In this document: positions 62,388-64,000 of the stretch, piece by piece
Layout of the letters: each line of letters begins with the position of its first letter
How positions within the stretch are numbered: the first letter of the stretch is position 1
Assembly: GCF_009914755.1 (NCBI RefSeq)
Contig: NC_060947.1
Source: the human T2T-CHM13v2.0 reference genome, Homo sapiens
Reading direction: 5' to 3' (one strand)
Length of the DNA stretch: 64,000 nucleotides
Notes under the pieces: model-generated
Database searches by the model: none
The model's input: only the letters and a program-made list of their open reading frames with translations
Told to the model about the DNA's origin: nothing
Program-made: the position numbers and the translations under genes

Positions 62388-63062
62388 GTGTCTTAGGTTG
62401 GATTGTGGAGGAAGCAGACTCGGAGAAGGGGATTTGTATGCAGGAAGTTTATCGGGGGGCTCCACCAAAACAAAGTTGCTGATAAGGAATTGAGGGAAGC
62501 CTGCTTGCCAGAATGGGCATAGGGAAAAGTTTGAATTTCAACCTAATCACAATAATGACCTATGCCATAGGGAGCTCTGGGGCTGGGATGGTCCTTCAGA
62601 GATGTCTTGAATTAGGGGAATGGGAAGAGCCTTTGTTCACTCGTCTCTCATCAATCAGACATTGGATACGGGCTATCCCTGGGGAGGGGAATGACCTTAG
62701 AAAAAGCAGTTCCCTTTAGCCAAGGACAGGGGTTGGCCTGTGGGCCATAGCCTGCCTGCCTCTTTTTTTTGCAAATAAAATCTTATTGGCACACAACTAC
62801 ACTTACTCAATTATGTATTGCCTCCAATTTCCTTCACACTACAATGGCAGACTTGAGTAGCTGTGGCAGAGACTAAATTGCCTGCAAAGCATAAAATAGT
62901 AACTATGTGATGTTTTACAAAAAAGAAAAGAAAAAAAATTGTTTACTGACCCTGGGCCTAGGGCAATTCCCTGAGAGGGATCACTATGAGCCATTAGAAC
63001 CCAACATTCCTGGCAACTGGAGGAAGGAGCACGTAGGTCCTACACACCACATCATCCACTAT
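62388..63062 (-). mobile_element. ERVL LTR (LTR16-like) split by MER58A
   Basis: 'tgtcttaggttggattg..gaagcagactcggagaaggggatttg'. Resumes after the MITE as 'caattccctgagag..catccacta'. Confidence 0.65.
62727..62955 (+). mobile_element. MER58A hAT-Charlie MITE
   Basis: 'caggggttggc..gcaaataaaatcttattggcacaca..acaatggcagacttgagtagctgtggcagagac..gaccctg'. Degenerate 8-bp TSD GCCAAGGA / GCCTAGGG. Confidence 0.8.
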
Positions 63063-64000
63063 AGGAAATTAATACCCCATAAAGCAAACTGGACTAATGA
63101 AAGATAGTGGACAGATGGGAGCCAGAAGATAAATTCTCCTTTCTTCCACCATAATGGACTGTTCTGAGATGTAATGGTTCTGACAGCCTTTTTGAAGATG
63201 TCTCATAAGACTAAGTAATTGCCTACACTTGTTACAAAGCAATGGCTAGTTTAAAAACATATCCTTGAATATTTTTCTCCTGCCCTCCCTACTTTGGTAC
63301 CTCCTTTCCCCTCACTCCTATTTTTTTTTTAATTTTCTCTCTTCAATAAAGTTTAGCACATAAGGTTTTTGCCTCAGACTGTTTCCTAGGTAACCCAGGA
63401 TAAGACTTGTAAAATCAAATATTTAGAATTTGGTATGGAACTAGTATAAGGTTAGAATTGTGGGACATTCAGAGGAATGAGGACATATTCCGCCTGTCAT
63501 CTCATTCCCAATCTCAGGGCACTTTTCAAAGATAACTCTCCTCCAACCCCCAAGTACCTATTGGGTGTAAACTTTGTCCTAAGGTTACTCTTAAGTATTA
63601 ATACTTCTGCCCTTCTTGCTCCCATTTGCCCACAACCAAGATGGAATGCTTGTCCTTCTTCCCGAGGCTTCTGCTCCAGTTCTGGGAAGCATGTTTATTA
63701 TATATGATATTCTTTTTACTTACCCTGAGGGTATTCCTGTTGATCTTTCAGGGTATCACCATTCACCTTGTGAGTTATAAAACCACCAAGGAAGAAAGAG
63801 TAGTTCTAGCCAAGATACAATTTTTAAGAAGACACACAAAATAAAATGGAGAAAAAGGGCCCTCAGGCTGCTCTGCACTTCTGAAGTATAGCTCTAAAAA
63901 ATAAAATAAGCAGGCCACACACAAGGAAGCAAGCTAACTTTGTTTTGCTGAGAGGACTCTTTTCCTTGGGTTAATTCCAAGAGGGAACAGGCACCGAGTG

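Overview
Primate DNA, most likely human because it carries an AluYa5-type insertion. It is AT-rich, CpG-depleted intronic or intergenic sequence. Much of the window is interspersed repeats: Alu, MIR, L1, L2, CR1/L3, MaLR and ERVL LTRs, and hAT and Tigger MITEs, often nested. No host protein-coding gene can be supported. The only long ORF (580 aa) is a broken L1 ORF2 reverse-transcriptase fragment, and the other ORF-track entries are repeat-derived or chance. I found no evidence for a new biological system. Most notable: two perfect RFX X-box palindromes; a candidate minus-strand first exon near 5.9-6.4 kb; a young AluYa5 with a 45-A tail; a ~280-bp micro-inversion inside an L2; an LTR-internal-LTR MaLR remnant; a poly(A)-only insertion candidate; and a near-full-length ancient L1 with layered insertions. 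Repeat subfamily names come from recalled consensus motifs, not from an alignment. Boundaries of old repeats are approximate.
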